Shown: positions 16,292 through 27,798, numbered from the stretch's first letter. The stretch: DNA of 56,907 nt from Microcoleaceae cyanobacterium (GCA_051652765.1 JBOFUV010000087.1:1-56907), one strand, 5' to 3'. The notes: a model not told the origin generated them from the sequence alone. A program made the numbers and translations.

Positions 16292-19200
16292 CTAAACTGT
16301 AGTGAATGCAGACTCAGACAAGTCAGCAGCATTAACACCCGATAGCACCGCTAAAACCTCTTCTCCCAAAGCAATTGCTGCACTACCATTGTCTGAAGTC
16401 AGTGCCAGCTCAGCAAACATTAGGCCGCCAGCTAGACCAATCAGGTCAATGCCAACTTCAAAGTCACTAATGGTGTCTGTGCCTGCACCCACAGCCAGAA
16501 CGAAAATATCAGCGCCGCCCACAGCATCCCCGGAATCGCCCCAGAGTCGATCATTGCCTAGACCGCCATCGATCAGGTCATCACCTGCATCGCCCCAAAT
16601 GCGGTCGTTGCCATCGTCACCGGAGAGCTGATCATTGCCGCCCTTGCCGCCAATCCGATCATTTCCTAAGCCACCCGATATGGTGTCATCACCGCCTTCA
16701 ACGCCACCGGACGCTCGTTGGTTGTTATCTCCACGCAGCAGATCATTGCCTTCTTCGCCATAGATGAAATCGTTGCCCGCTCCACCTGCAGCAGTATCAT
16801 TGCCCATGTCGGCCCGGATTAAATCATCAATGTCTCCACCCAGAAGGGTTTCATCCTCAGGTGTCCCATCAACTAATTCAGGCAAGACATCCCCAAACAG
16901 GGTGCGGTACATGATCTCATAAATGCCAGTGTTGTCAACAGTGCTCGGCAACAAGTCGGCATTGAGACCGTGGGCTTTGGAAACAATACTGCCTGCGAAG
17001 TCAGGGGTTCCAACAAAAGCCACACCAAAGGGGAACTGGTCTCCATCCAAATCGGGGGCAGAGATGAAGGGTTCAGTTCCCAGACCTTCGGTACCATCCA
17101 GCGGATTCAGAACAGCATCCGAACGATCAGCCAGGGTGGGATTGACTGGAAGGCTACCAACGGTCTCACCCGAGACATCCACCACTTCTAAGCCACTGGC
17201 ATCACTATCCGCAGCCGTAATTAACAGAGTGTTTGGATCAACGCTCTCGATGTAGTCCATGGCTAGACCAATTGCGCCATCCGCCCGAATTGCTGCCTCA
17301 ATGCCGCCGCGAGCATTATTGTTGTTGGGGAAATTGTCGGTGCCTTCCTCTTCCAACACAATCATGAAGTTATTCTCAGTGAACACATCCAGTTCCAGAG
17401 TAACTTCCAACATCTGAGCCACAGTTGGAGGATTGGTAGGAGTGCCATCAGGGAAGAACTGACCGTAGTTTTCCAGTCCAGCCGCCTGGTTGGTTTCCTC
17501 GGTAGTGTCGTTGTAGGTGTCCTCAGCCGCAAAGATACCTAGCAACTTCTCAGTCCCGGGATCAACTGCTAGTAATTCTTCTGCAGTGAAAACAACGGTG
17601 TAACCTAGGGTTTCTGCTTCTTCAATCAAGTTACGGCCATCGTCGCGAGTCCCCTCTTCACCGAAGAAACCCACCGTTCCAATCGGTAAGTAATCCGTTT
17701 CGCCCCCACCCAGAATCACATTCGCGCCAGATTCTAAAATCTCAGCCGTAATCTCTTCTGTGTTGCCTCGGTTGGCTACATTAGCGAGGAATGCTCCGGT
17801 TCCAGGTTCGGCAATCACACCAGAGTTAATCACTGCTGTTGCCTTTCCGGCAGCGATCGCCTCTTCTAAAATCGTTTGCTGCTGACCGGAACGGGCAATC
17901 ACCGGGATACCACTCTCATCGAATCCAAAGGAACCCGCAAACGTCTTGGTTCCAGTGGCGTGGGTAACGGCTCCAGCGTTGGAAGTGCCCACCAACTGGC
18001 TTTCCATGTGACCCAGGTAAACCCCAGCATTGGACATCATGTCCCAATTCAAGCGACCATCGGGGCCTTCTGAGACAAATCGAGCTGCGGCATAGTGGGA
18101 AGGGCTGGTGCCGTCGGGATGGATGAAGATCACGTTTCCAGTCTCTTCGGTTGCTGCGGGTGCGGGTTCTGGCGCATCAGCAGGAACGAAAGCCGGTAAC
18201 TCCACATCAAATAGGGTGCGATACATAATGCGGTAGACTTCAGTGTTGTCCAGGGTGCTAGGCAACAGTTCCGCATTTAAGCCATAGGTTTTAGAAACAA
18301 TACTGCCTGCAACGTCAGGGGTTCCCATATATTGAAGGCCAAAGGGGAAAACATTGCCGTTGGCATCGGGAGCTGCAATAAAGGGTTCAGTGCCCAGACC
18401 TTCGGCTCCATCCAGCGGGTTCAGAACGGCATCGGAACGGTCAGCCAGGGTCGGGTTAACGGGAACAGTACCAACCGTTGCTTCGGAAGCGTCATCAACT
18501 TCAAGACCACCCGCATCACTGTCAGCCGCAGTGATTAGCAGCGTGTTGGGGTTGATGTTATCAATGTAGTCTTGAGCTACACCAATTGCTGCGTCGGCCC
18601 GCAGAACTGCTTCAACTAAACCGCGACCGTTGTTGTTATTGGTAAAGTTATCCGTTCCTTCCTCTTCCAAGACCACCATGAAACCTTGATCATTTTCAGA
18701 GGAGAACAGGTCAAGACCCAGGGTAACTTCCAACATTTCGCCCACAGTCGGAGGATTCGTCGGAGTGCCATCCGGCAAGAATTGGCCATAGTTGCCTAAT
18801 CCAGCCGCCTGGTTGGCTTCCTCGGTAGTGTCGTTGTAGGTGTCCTCGGCAGCAAAGATTCCTAGCAACTTTTCGGTGTCTGCCGGAACGCTCTGCAAAT
18901 CTTCACGGGTGAAGACAACGGTGTAACCCATTGCTTCCGCCTCTTCAATCAGGTTGCGACCATCTTCACGGGTTCCTGCTTCGCCAAAGTAACCAATGGT
19001 GCCAATGGGTAAATAGTCTGTTTCCCCGGCTCCTAGAATCACGTTCACCCCGGATTCTAAAATCTCAGCCGTGATCTCTTCCGTATTTCCCCGATTTTCT
19101 ACATCAGCCAAGAATGCTCCGGTTCCGGGCTCCGCAATTAGGCCAGAGTTGATCACCGCTGTGGCTTTCCCCGCCGCGATCGCCTCTTCCATAATGGTGG

Positions 19201-19513
19201 TTCCAGGTTCAACTCCTAGGTCAGGGCCACCCAACTCAGGACTCAAAGCAGAGAGGGACTCAACTGGATTCCCAGCTTCATCAAACCCGAAGGAACCTGC
19301 AAAAGCTTTAACCCCAGTGGCATGGGTAACGGCTCCAGCGTTGGAGGTTCCGACTAACTGATCCTCCATGTGACCCAGGTAAACCCCAGCATGGGTCATG
19401 TTATCCCAGTTCAGGCGACCATCTGGGCCTTCCTGAACAAATCGTCCTGCGGCATAATGAGACGGGCTAGTCCCATCCGGATGAATGAAAATGACGCTAT
19501 TTCCGTTAGTCAT
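16292..19513 (-). CDS. Alkaline phosphatase family protein with two tandem AP domains and C-terminal RTX Ca-binding repeats
   Basis: Two copies of IFIHPDG / GTSNAGAVTHATG / EEEGTDN / AADSD; GGxGxD repeats at C-terminus. Confidence 0.85.
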   Translation of the reverse strand: MTNGNSVIFIHPDGTSPSHYAAGRFVQEGPDGRLNWDNMTHAGVYLGHMEDQLVGTSNAGAVTHATGVKAFAGSFGFDEAGNPVESLSALSPELGGPDLGVEPGTTIMEEAIAAGKATAVINSGLIAEPGTGAFLADVENRGNTEEITAEILESGVNVILGAGETDYLPIGTIGYFGEAGTREDGRNLIEEAEAMGYTVVFTREDLQSVPADTEKLLGIFAAEDTYNDTTEEANQAAGLGNYGQFLPDGTPTNPPTVGEMLEVTLGLDLFSSENDQGFMVVLEEEGTDNFTNNNNGRGLVEAVLRADAAIGVAQDYIDNINPNTLLITAADSDAGGLEVDDASEATVGTVPVNPTLADRSDAVLNPLDGAEGLGTEPFIAAPDANGNVFPFGLQYMGTPDVAGSIVSKTYGLNAELLPSTLDNTEVYRIMYRTLFDVELPAFVPADAPEPAPAATEETGNVIFIHPDGTSPSHYAAARFVSEGPDGRLNWDMMSNAGVYLGHMESQLVGTSNAGAVTHATGTKTFAGSFGFDESGIPVIARSGQQQTILEEAIAAGKATAVINSGVIAEPGTGAFLANVANRGNTEEITAEILESGANVILGGGETDYLPIGTVGFFGEEGTRDDGRNLIEEAETLGYTVVFTAEELLAVDPGTEKLLGIFAAEDTYNDTTEETNQAAGLENYGQFFPDGTPTNPPTVAQMLEVTLELDVFTENNFMIVLEEEGTDNFPNNNNARGGIEAAIRADGAIGLAMDYIESVDPNTLLITAADSDASGLEVVDVSGETVGSLPVNPTLADRSDAVLNPLDGTEGLGTEPFISAPDLDGDQFPFGVAFVGTPDFAGSIVSKAHGLNADLLPSTVDNTGIYEIMYRTLFGDVLPELVDGTPEDETLLGGDIDDLIRADMGNDTAAGGAGNDFIYGEEGNDLLRGDNNQRASGGVEGGDDTISGGLGNDRIGGKGGNDQLSGDDGNDRIWGDAGDDLIDGGLGNDRLWGDSGDAVGGADIFVLAVGAGTDTISDFEVGIDLIGLAGGLMFAELALTSDNGSAAIALGEEVLAVLSGVNAADLSESAFTTV

Positions 19514-19863
19514 TGTAGGTAGTAAGTTTGTTTCTAAGGTTGCGATTAAACTTTGTCAATTTACATTCAACGAATTACCCTGACCCAAAATGGTTAAGTG
19601 ACCTGAGTAATTGAGAAAATCCTGGATGAAACTCCTCACACCAAGAGGCTGATCACTTCAAGCCAGCTCAGAGAAACCTCTGAAGCTATCGGCCTAATTT
19701 AAGTTTTCTTGCGATGTGCCCTCTAACACAGAAGTTATGATATCAATTCGAAGTTAAGGGGAGGATATGCGGACGTTAAAGCAAGATCGGGTTTGCAACA
19801 ACTGATCATGCTGATCCTGTAGTAAATGTTGCGATGGCTCCTCAGTCTGATCGCCCCTTTTTT

Positions 19864-20736
19864 TTAGCGTTGGCATTGAGGGCAAAAGTGGGCTGATCGT
19901 CCTGCAAGTTTGAGTCGATGGATGGGAGTGCCACAGACCCGACAGGGTTCCCCAGCCCGATTGTAGACCCAGGCAGCCTGACCATAGTTGCCATTGACTC
20001 CTTCTAGATTGATAAAATTTCGAATGGTAGTGCCACCGACTTGAATTGCGTTCTGGAGCACCTGACAAATCTGGGTGTGTAAGCGTTGAATTTGCTGCTG
20101 GTTCAACTGCTTACAGGGAACTGTGGGTTGAATACCACTCAAGAACAACGCTTCGTCTGCATAGATATTGCCAATCCCCGCGACTAACCGTTGATCGAGG
20201 AGCGCATTTTTAATGAGACGCTGGCGATCGCCCAATTGGTTTACGAGGTAAGTCACGGAGAACTCTGGGTCAAAGGGTTCTGGCCCTAACCGTTGCAATC
20301 CGGTAATAACGTCTGAAGGAGCCTGACCAGGGGGAACCCACCACATTTGTCCAAAGGTGCGTTGATCGACAAACCGAAGTTCTTGAGGATGCTCAGACAG
20401 AGGAGTCTTAAAAAAGAGTCGAATCCGGGTATGTTTTTCCAGCAGTTGGCTTGAATCAAGCCATAACAATTGACCTGTCATTCTCAGGTGAACTCCCAAC
20501 CAGCCTTGAGGAACTTGAGTTGAGGTTTCTGGGCTCACCAACTCGGCCAAAAGATACTTCCCCCGGCGATGCCATTGAGCGATCGCCGTTCCTGTTAATC
20601 CTTGGAGAAATTGCTCAACAGAAAAAGGGTGGGCAATTGTGCGCTCTAGCAACACGGCCCCACCCAAAATTTTATATCCTAAGGTCGATTGATTTAGACC
20701 TTGCTTGACTGTTTCAACTTCAGGAAGTTCTGGCAT
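19864..20736 (-). CDS. mutM: Formamidopyrimidine-DNA glycosylase
   Basis: MPELPEVE, HLRMTG, GIGNIYADE, C-terminal zinc finger. Confidence 0.97.
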   Translation of the reverse strand: MPELPEVETVKQGLNQSTLGYKILGGAVLLERTIAHPFSVEQFLQGLTGTAIAQWHRRGKYLLAELVSPETSTQVPQGWLGVHLRMTGQLLWLDSSQLLEKHTRIRLFFKTPLSEHPQELRFVDQRTFGQMWWVPPGQAPSDVITGLQRLGPEPFDPEFSVTYLVNQLGDRQRLIKNALLDQRLVAGIGNIYADEALFLSGIQPTVPCKQLNQQQIQRLHTQICQVLQNAIQVGGTTIRNFINLEGVNGNYGQAAWVYNRAGEPCRVCGTPIHRLKLAGRSAHFCPQCQR

Positions 20737-20771
20737 CAGCCATGCCTTACGGCAAGAGGATCAGACAAAAC

Positions 20772-20987
20772 CTATCCAACCATTTCAAGTTCACGCTCTG
20801 CAAAGTTGTTGGTGTTAACTCCACCATCAACTCCGGAATAGGCGTTGTAATTCACTTTGTCAAATCGGACGATCACAGGATATCGGATACCGCTTTTATC
20901 AACGGATGCAACAGTACCTACTTCTTGAAACCAGTAGGATTCTTTGCGAAGAATACGGACTTTAGAACCACGCTTAAGTTCAGCCAT
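20772..20987 (-). CDS. psaE: Photosystem I subunit IV
   Basis: [25 protein letters not shown]. Confidence 0.97.
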   Translation of the reverse strand: MAELKRGSKVRILRKESYWFQEVGTVASVDKSGIRYPVIVRFDKVNYNAYSGVDGGVNTNNFAERELEMVG

Positions 20988-21079
20988 TCGACTTTTTTCC
21001 TCTTTTAATCTAAATGATGAAGAAGATTATGTACTGTTCAGCGTACTACTGGAACTGCCGTTGCAGAACATTTTAGTCT

Positions 21080-21715
21080 TTAAGTTTTATTGCTGGTAGA
21101 TTGCTGGCTTTCCCAATGAACCTTGATGAAGTGAGTAGGCCGTCCCCAGGTATCCTGAACACAGGTAATTTCATCAACCGCAAGATCGAAGGGAATCGCT
21201 GTTGTCACGTACTGCTGAGCGAGTTGCCCTAAATCTGGAGCCAATTGCTGGGCAAGGGCCGCCGCAGCCGCAAACCCAAGGAGTTGTTCTAAAGGGCCTT
21301 TGGGCAAGAGACCGTTAATGCCTAGGGCCAGACCCCCGGTTAACAACAGATTCACGGATAAATTTGTGCCACATCGTGGATGAACGGCCAAGTTCCACTC
21401 CCCTTGAGTTAAGCGAGATAAAGCAGTCTGAACGGCTCGGTTCAGACGGTTAGACTCCACCTCACCGTAGAGATAAAATCCGTCAGGGGTAGACATACCG
21501 CCAAGGGAATCGGCCTGTGGGGATTCTGAATTCTGCTCACTCAGTACCCAAACTGTGGCATGTTCCAAGGCATGAACCTGGCGCACACTCAAAATCTCTT
21601 TCATTCCTGGCAGGAACCAAGCTTGATTCAGAAGATCCCTGTCCTGGCTGGGATAAGGTGCATAGTCAGAGGAAAACTGACTGACGAAATCGCTGGTGGA
21701 GAACGTATTGGCCAT
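21080..21715 (-). CDS. Conserved hypothetical protein (DUF6391-like)
   Basis: RQVHALEHAT, LAVHPRCGTN. Confidence 0.7.
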   Translation of the reverse strand: MANTFSTSDFVSQFSSDYAPYPSQDRDLLNQAWFLPGMKEILSVRQVHALEHATVWVLSEQNSESPQADSLGGMSTPDGFYLYGEVESNRLNRAVQTALSRLTQGEWNLAVHPRCGTNLSVNLLLTGGLALGINGLLPKGPLEQLLGFAAAAALAQQLAPDLGQLAQQYVTTAIPFDLAVDEITCVQDTWGRPTHFIKVHWESQQSTSNKT

Positions 21716-21837
21716 GGAGAGAACCTCTAAATTTGGACAAAACCTTGGTAGAGGCCAAGAGTCAACAAGCAGCTCTCTATTCTTCCTGCTGATGGGAAAG
21801 AGCTAAAAAACTATGAACACTAAGTCTAACACTGAGG

Positions 21838-22473
21838 TTAAATCAAATCCAAGTTCATTTCATCCTGAAACTGGTCAGAGGCACTTGAGGCGCGATCAGG
21901 AGTGGATAGATTGGCTGACACGTTAGAAGAAGCTGCTAAGGCAGGGGGAGCAGTCACAGCAGTTGCGAGATGCCCATCAGAGGGCCAACTAGGAACGCTC
22001 CGAATTTGACGCATGAGGCTAGCCATTTCTAGGGCATTGAGGGCATAGTCCCACCCTTTATTGCTTTTGATTCCCGCCCGCTCTAAGGCTTGCTGCATGG
22101 TATCTGTTGTCAGGACTCCAAACACAACAGGAACCCCAGTTTGAAACGCTGTTGCAGCAATTCCTTTGGCGACTTCAGAGGCTACATAGTCAAAGTGAGG
22201 AGTTTGACCTCGAATCACTGCCCCTAAGCAAATAATCGCATCGTAGCGGCGAGTCAAGGCCAATTGGTGGGCAACCAAAGGAACCTCAAAGCTACCTGGA
22301 ACCCAAACATAATCTACTTGATCGCCTTGAGGATCGGGATTAACGCCATGACGCTTGAGGCAATCCTGACACCCTTCTAAAAGCTTAGTGGTGATCAGAT
22401 CGTTGAAGCGACCAATCGCGATCGCAAATCTAAACGATTCAGTTTGAGTAAAGGTTCCTTCAAAAACGGTCAT
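21838..22473 (-). CDS. ribH: 6,7-dimethyl-8-ribityllumazine synthase
   Basis: [22 protein letters not shown]; low-complexity C-terminal extension. Confidence 0.96.
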   Translation of the reverse strand: MTVFEGTFTQTESFRFAIAIGRFNDLITTKLLEGCQDCLKRHGVNPDPQGDQVDYVWVPGSFEVPLVAHQLALTRRYDAIICLGAVIRGQTPHFDYVASEVAKGIAATAFQTGVPVVFGVLTTDTMQQALERAGIKSNKGWDYALNALEMASLMRQIRSVPSWPSDGHLATAVTAPPALAASSNVSANLSTPDRASSASDQFQDEMNLDLI

Positions 22474-22568
22474 GCTCTGATGCTTTCTCCCTCACTGCCA
22501 CTTTAGTATCCTACACAGAAACTTACTCAACTAGAACCTTATATAACCAGAGGTTATACAACCAGAGG

Positions 22569-22760
22569 TTACACAACCAGAAAGTTTAGGACTCCAACGG
22601 CAATCACTAAAACAACCCATAGCCCGGAACCAATAAAAAGTAAGGGCTTGGCTTGGCCCCAATTCTGGGGAGAAGCATAGGCAACAGGAACCCCAACAAT
22701 CATGATGAATGAATGAATGACAAGAGCGGCTAAAACAATTTGAAACAGAATTGTTGACAT
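22569..22760 (-). CDS. psbZ: Photosystem II protein Z
   Basis: Two TM helices, [13 protein letters not shown]; psbZ-ribH order; start ATG 22760. Confidence 0.95.
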   Translation of the reverse strand: MSTILFQIVLAALVIHSFIMIVGVPVAYASPQNWGQAKPLLFIGSGLWVVLVIAVGVLNFLVV

Positions 22761-22993
22761 TCTTCGTTCTCCCAAAAAAGCATTAAGTATAAATACGGAT
22801 CAATCAGTAAACAGATGTAAAAACATCTTTCTATAATTACGCTACCAGAACGCAATACTAAAGGAAAGGGGTATTTATGAATGTTCCTTGCCTTCGGGAT
22901 AGTGTGGTTCTACTGATGGGGTGGCAAGTTCAGGATGTAGTTGAGCTATTATTTTCCCTAGCTCAAGCTATTGACCCAAGTTTAGTAACGCAC

Positions 22994-24562
22994 TCAGCGG
23001 AGAATGACAACGTGCTTGCGAGCGCGAGTCCAAGCAACATAGGCAGCCCGATTCCGCACTTCATATCGTTCGCTGTCAGGGCGGTTCTGCAGGTTGATTT
23101 CCCGTGGCACAAAGGGTTTGGCAATGTCACCCATGTTTAGAAAGCAGTGTTCAAAAGTGCTGCCCTGGGCTTTATGAACGGTCAAGTTAAAAGCAGATTG
23201 CACCAGATGAAATCGATTTTTGAATTGATAAAAATGCTTCCAATCTAGGGCCTCGCCGATGTAATGCTTGGCTTTGTCATTGGGTTTGAGCAGCAGATTC
23301 CCCTTAATCTGCTCTGCCAACTCATTCAGAATGGTTCGTAATTTAGGCTGACTCTGGGGATGGAGACACCGCAGACAGAACACTTCCTCCTGATCCGTTT
23401 CTACCTGGAGCCGATACACCCTCATCTGAATCCGTTCTCCGGTTGTGGGGTGAGCCACAACGACTTCACATTCGTTCACTTCCTGCACAACACATTCATC
23501 TGAATTTGCTAGTAACGTGACCGGGGTTTCGTTGCTGTCATCCAGGCAGGGTTCCGTCGCAATCAACCGTTCTCCTGTCTCGTAGGGCTTTGCCCGATTG
23601 CCATAGAGGTGAGCGCGAATGATGCGGTTGAAGTCATCTACTTGATAGTTCCTGGCGTGCAACCCCCGGACAAAGTAAGGATCGGCTTGGTCAATACCTT
23701 TGTGAATCGCCATCAAGAACTGCTCAATCCATTTCCGAGGGTCATTGAAGGTGTAGATGTTACCAAATTCGGGATTGGGACTGAGAACGCTGGAATAAAC
23801 CGGCAAGGTTTCTGAAGTCAGGTTCTCCCGCAGTCGGGTAGCATATTCCAGGACTGGCCCCTGGTAACGGACAATGCGAGTCAGGTTGTAGCTGGCAAAA
23901 CAGCGATCAAAGCAAGGAGTTCGGGGATGGCCGATGGGGGGCAACTGAGCCAAATCCCCAATCCAGAGAATTTTGGGATAGAGCATTGAGTCCCCCTGAT
24001 CTTGACTGGGCCAGAGGCTGACCGCACTAATAATGATGTTGTACAACGGTGCGCCAATCATAGAGGACTCGTCCACAATCACAAAGGTTTTATCATTGCG
24101 GATGGGAGCTTTGGAGTGTTCCGACTGCTTGTCTTCCCAAAAAGGAAGGAACAACTGCTGTCCTGTTTGGGGATCAAAATCCTTTGGAACAATGCGATAA
24201 GCCTTGTGAATAGTTTCTACATCCTTGACTCCCAAACGGCTGAGGGACTGAACAGCCTTGTTCGTAGGAGCGTTGATGGTGAGTTTGTGACCCATGACAG
24301 TCAAACAGTCCCGTAGAATCTCAACGACATAGGACTTACCTGTGCCTGCCGCTCCGGTTAGAGCCATCTCTAGATCGCCAGGGGATTGGGAGAGAGAACC
24401 CGCCAAAATCAGGTCAATCGCTTCAATTTGGTCTGCGGTTGCGGTCTGGAGTTTGGGATGGCTCTGAATCTGCTCCAACCTGGGTTTGGGCAATAGTTTG
24501 AGCGATTGCAACTGGGGCAATTGAATCTGTCTACTGGGCGATCGCTGTTTTGCTGGTTTCAT
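22994..24562 (-). CDS. SF1B (Dda/RecD-like) DNA helicase
   Basis: GAAGTGKS, APTNKA, VDESSM, GDLAQLPP, TVHKAQGSTF, YVAWTRA. Confidence 0.9.
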   Translation of the reverse strand: MKPAKQRSPSRQIQLPQLQSLKLLPKPRLEQIQSHPKLQTATADQIEAIDLILAGSLSQSPGDLEMALTGAAGTGKSYVVEILRDCLTVMGHKLTINAPTNKAVQSLSRLGVKDVETIHKAYRIVPKDFDPQTGQQLFLPFWEDKQSEHSKAPIRNDKTFVIVDESSMIGAPLYNIIISAVSLWPSQDQGDSMLYPKILWIGDLAQLPPIGHPRTPCFDRCFASYNLTRIVRYQGPVLEYATRLRENLTSETLPVYSSVLSPNPEFGNIYTFNDPRKWIEQFLMAIHKGIDQADPYFVRGLHARNYQVDDFNRIIRAHLYGNRAKPYETGERLIATEPCLDDSNETPVTLLANSDECVVQEVNECEVVVAHPTTGERIQMRVYRLQVETDQEEVFCLRCLHPQSQPKLRTILNELAEQIKGNLLLKPNDKAKHYIGEALDWKHFYQFKNRFHLVQSAFNLTVHKAQGSTFEHCFLNMGDIAKPFVPREINLQNRPDSERYEVRNRAAYVAWTRARKHVVILR

Positions 24563-24720
24563 CCCGAGGGAAATTTTAGAAAGCTGTTCTACTAGTGTAA
24601 AGAAAATTAAGATGTTTTCTTCAACATGTTTAGCAAGGCGCGTTGATGGAAATTGAGAACGTTTGACTCCTAATTCAATATTCCTGAAGTCTGAGAATCT
24701 ATAAAAAACAAAAGTAAGAG

Positions 24721-24751
24721 TTTAAAAGCTATGCGAAGCATAACTTTTAAA
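24721..24751 (-). terminator. Hairpin downstream of tRNA-Phe
   Basis: TTTAAAAGCTATGC-GAA-GCATAACTTTTAAA imperfect inverted repeat. Confidence 0.55.
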
Positions 24752-24763
24752 GCTTTTTAAATA

Positions 24764-24836
<73 letters not shown>

Positions 24837-25035
24837 GCGTTTTTGCAACGACTTTTAAGTGTAACAGGTTGAATAGAATTTATGCAAGATACTGGTTCAA
24901 TTTTTTTAAACCCCAGACTCTAAACGTTTGATCGAGTCCTCTACTCTGAGAGAATGAAAAAAAGGATGGGTAATCGTCAGTCAAAGTGAGAGCGCGATCG
25001 CACTTCATCGGATGTGGGTTTAAGGATCAGAATTT

Positions 25036-27798
25036 GTGACGAAGCGCCTGAATAATTGCAATAAAAATTTAAACAGAGGTTTGACCAGAGGCTTGAACAC
25101 AGGTTTAGATAGAGGTCTAGGGATACTGGGACTGATTTGGCTGTTGGCTGCCTTGAGCGATCGCCTCTGGTTTACCCTTGACCAGTCTGTACCTGCTTGG
25201 GATCAGGCGGATTACTTAACGGGTTCCGTGAATTACTGGCAGGTTTTGCAATCTCCAGAGTGGTTCTCTGGGGAGTGGTGGAGAGGGTTTTGGGCCCTTT
25301 CCCCTAAAATTCCGCCCTTCGTCTATCTTGCGACTGTGCCGTGGCTAAATCTATTTGGTTTAGGTTCAGATCAGGCTAGCTTAGTTCATTTGGGCTTCAG
25401 TGGGATTTTGTTAGGGTCGGTTTACAGTCTAGGCACAAAGTTAATCAATCAACCGGTGGGGCTCTGGGCCGCTGGACTCTGTGCGGTGCTGCCGGGACTC
25501 TACGTGTATCGACTGCAATACCTGTTGGACTATCCGTTAACAGCCATGGTCACCCTGAGTTTCTGTTGCCTCACCTACTGGCGTTTCACCCAGGTGGGTG
25601 CTGCCCAGCCTCACGAACGGTTTCAGCCTCAGATTCAGCATGTCTCAAGCGTTCAGGGTTCAAGACCAGCATGGTTATGGGCAGGAGCCTTTGGTACGTC
25701 CCTGGGATTGGCGATCTTAACCAAACAAACTGCCATATTTTTTCTTGCCATCCCCACCTTGTGGACTATAGGAGAATCCCTGTGGCGGCGAGCTTGGGGC
25801 CGATTGACTCAACTGGGGTTTAGTGGCGCGATCGCCTTGGTCTTAATTGGCCCCTGGGTCAGAACAAACTGGCTGTTGATGCTGACTTCGGGAAAGCGGG
25901 CAACCGTAGATTCAGCCTTGGCAGAAGGTGATCCTGCCTTAACCACTTGGCGTGCTTGGACGTACTATTGGAACCGCCTGCCGGAACAGATTTCTTGGCC
26001 GTTGCTACTGGTTCCTCTCGTGGGTTTGATATTGTATGGCATTCGGCGCAACCTTCTCAACGGTCAGTCACCCCGGATTCAGCCCCTAAATCTTCAGGAA
26101 CAAAGGTTTCAGGGCCAAAGGTTTCAGGAACCCGATCCCATGGCCTTGACCCTACAACTTGGGCCGGTTTGGCACCCTGGATTGACCTGGCTCGCGGTGT
26201 TTGGCCTGGGAGGCTACTTACTGTGTTCCCTGAATATCAACAAAGATCCCCGTTACAGCCTGCCTCTCTTACCGGGGCTGACGATTTTTTTGGCCTATGG
26301 ATTAACTCTGTGGCCCAAGGGTTGGGGAAAATCTGTGCGCTGGGGAACGGTGGGATTGGCCCTAATGGTGACCCTGATTCACCTCTGGCCTGTGGGCGGG
26401 AGTTGGGGAAAGTTTTTGGCCCAAACGTTAAGTCCTGAGGGAAACCATCGGGCTGACCTGAAACAGCCCTGGCCCCATGCTGAAGTCATTGATACGATCC
26501 TTCAAACCGATCCTTTTTTGCAGAATACGTTAGGGGTTTTGCCCTCAACACCTGAGATTAATCAGCATAATCTCAACTATTTTGGGGCTTTGCAAAATCA
26601 ACAGGTGTTTGGTCGGCAGGTCGGAACTCAACTGGAAAACGTTCCCCAGGATGCCCTTTCCCTCTCCTGGTTTGTGACTAAAACCAACGCTCAAGGTTCT
26701 GTAGGGCGGATTGAGGTCGCCCAAGCCGCGATGGTGCAGGCAGTTGAACACAGCCTGCAATTTAAACGGTTACAACAGTGGCCGTTACCCGATAGTAGTG
26801 TCTTGAATCTCTATCATCGCCAGTTGCCCTACATTGAAGTGCGCCCCCAATCTCAACTATTAACTCAGGTGAAATTGGTTGAAGTGATGACGGCAACAAA
26901 AGCGCCTCTGGGGGTTCCCCTGCCTGTCACTTACACCTGGGCTGGCCCTTGGGAACAGCTTCGATCGGGTTTGGTGTTGTTGACATGGCAACAAAGGGTG
27001 AGCAACTCTCCTGGCCGAGTTGGCCCCCAATGGCTTCATGATCACGGCATTGCGATGGGAACGCTGCACCCCGGATCTCTGACTGAATCATCTGGGGTTG
27101 AGCCAATCTCAGGCAGCTTTCAAGTGGTTGAACGGATGGGAATGCTGCCTCCACCTGGGCTACCACCAGGACAGTACGCCCTGGCAGCAACGTATTTGAA
27201 CCGAAAAACTGGAGAAACCTATCCAATTGCGACTCCTGCCATAACAGTAGAAATTGACCCAAATGCAACTCCTCTCCCTGCTCCAGAGTTAGATCTCGTC
27301 ACCCAACTGCGTCAATGGGCCCAGGGTTTGCCCCAAGGTATGGCTGGATTGGAACGGGTGTTTGCCGAAGTGGGCCGGGTGAACCAGTATGATCCTGTTC
27401 AAGATTACACATTGCAAGCGGAGCAAAGTCTGACCTATCGACTGCAACACAGTTCTGAAGTTCTAAGTTCTAAAGTTCTAAGTTCTGAAGTTCTACGTCC
27501 TGAAGTTCTAGATTGGGCTTATGCTCTCGCCCTCGCTCAAGTGTTACAACAGGATAGTCAAGGGGCAATTCAGGCATTGCAGCAAGTGACCCAACTCGAC
27601 CCCTCCAATCCCTTTGCCCATGCTTACCTTGCCTTTGTCTATCTCTATCGCTGGCAGCCCAGAGCAGCCGAAACAGCTATTCAAACTGCTCTGAAGCTTA
27701 AACCAGATCAAAGTGAATTTCAAGCCCTGCGGGGAATTTCAAGCTTGATGCAAGGAAATTTAGTTCAAGCCTGGAAAGACCTACAAGGGCTGAGCTAA
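25036..27798 (+). CDS. GT39/ArnT-like membrane glycosyltransferase with C-terminal TPR
   Basis: PAWDQADYL, many TM helices, NKDPRY, TPR-like C-terminus; start uncertain. Confidence 0.85.
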   Translation: MTKRLNNCNKNLNRGLTRGLNTGLDRGLGILGLIWLLAALSDRLWFTLDQSVPAWDQADYLTGSVNYWQVLQSPEWFSGEWWRGFWALSPKIPPFVYLATVPWLNLFGLGSDQASLVHLGFSGILLGSVYSLGTKLINQPVGLWAAGLCAVLPGLYVYRLQYLLDYPLTAMVTLSFCCLTYWRFTQVGAAQPHERFQPQIQHVSSVQGSRPAWLWAGAFGTSLGLAILTKQTAIFFLAIPTLWTIGESLWRRAWGRLTQLGFSGAIALVLIGPWVRTNWLLMLTSGKRATVDSALAEGDPALTTWRAWTYYWNRLPEQISWPLLLVPLVGLILYGIRRNLLNGQSPRIQPLNLQEQRFQGQRFQEPDPMALTLQLGPVWHPGLTWLAVFGLGGYLLCSLNINKDPRYSLPLLPGLTIFLAYGLTLWPKGWGKSVRWGTVGLALMVTLIHLWPVGGSWGKFLAQTLSPEGNHRADLKQPWPHAEVIDTILQTDPFLQNTLGVLPSTPEINQHNLNYFGALQNQQVFGRQVGTQLENVPQDALSLSWFVTKTNAQGSVGRIEVAQAAMVQAVEHSLQFKRLQQWPLPDSSVLNLYHRQLPYIEVRPQSQLLTQVKLVEVMTATKAPLGVPLPVTYTWAGPWEQLRSGLVLLTWQQRVSNSPGRVGPQWLHDHGIAMGTLHPGSLTESSGVEPISGSFQVVERMGMLPPPGLPPGQYALAATYLNRKTGETYPIATPAITVEIDPNATPLPAPELDLVTQLRQWAQGLPQGMAGLERVFAEVGRVNQYDPVQDYTLQAEQSLTYRLQHSSEVLSSKVLSSEVLRPEVLDWAYALALAQVLQQDSQGAIQALQQVTQLDPSNPFAHAYLAFVYLYRWQPRAAETAIQTALKLKPDQSEFQALRGISSLMQGNLVQAWKDLQGLS

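Noticed and set aside
16302..19361. Many antisense ORFs within the phosphatase (and within GT39, ppk1 and the kinase)
   Set aside because: Shadow ORFs of long genes with no protein-like features
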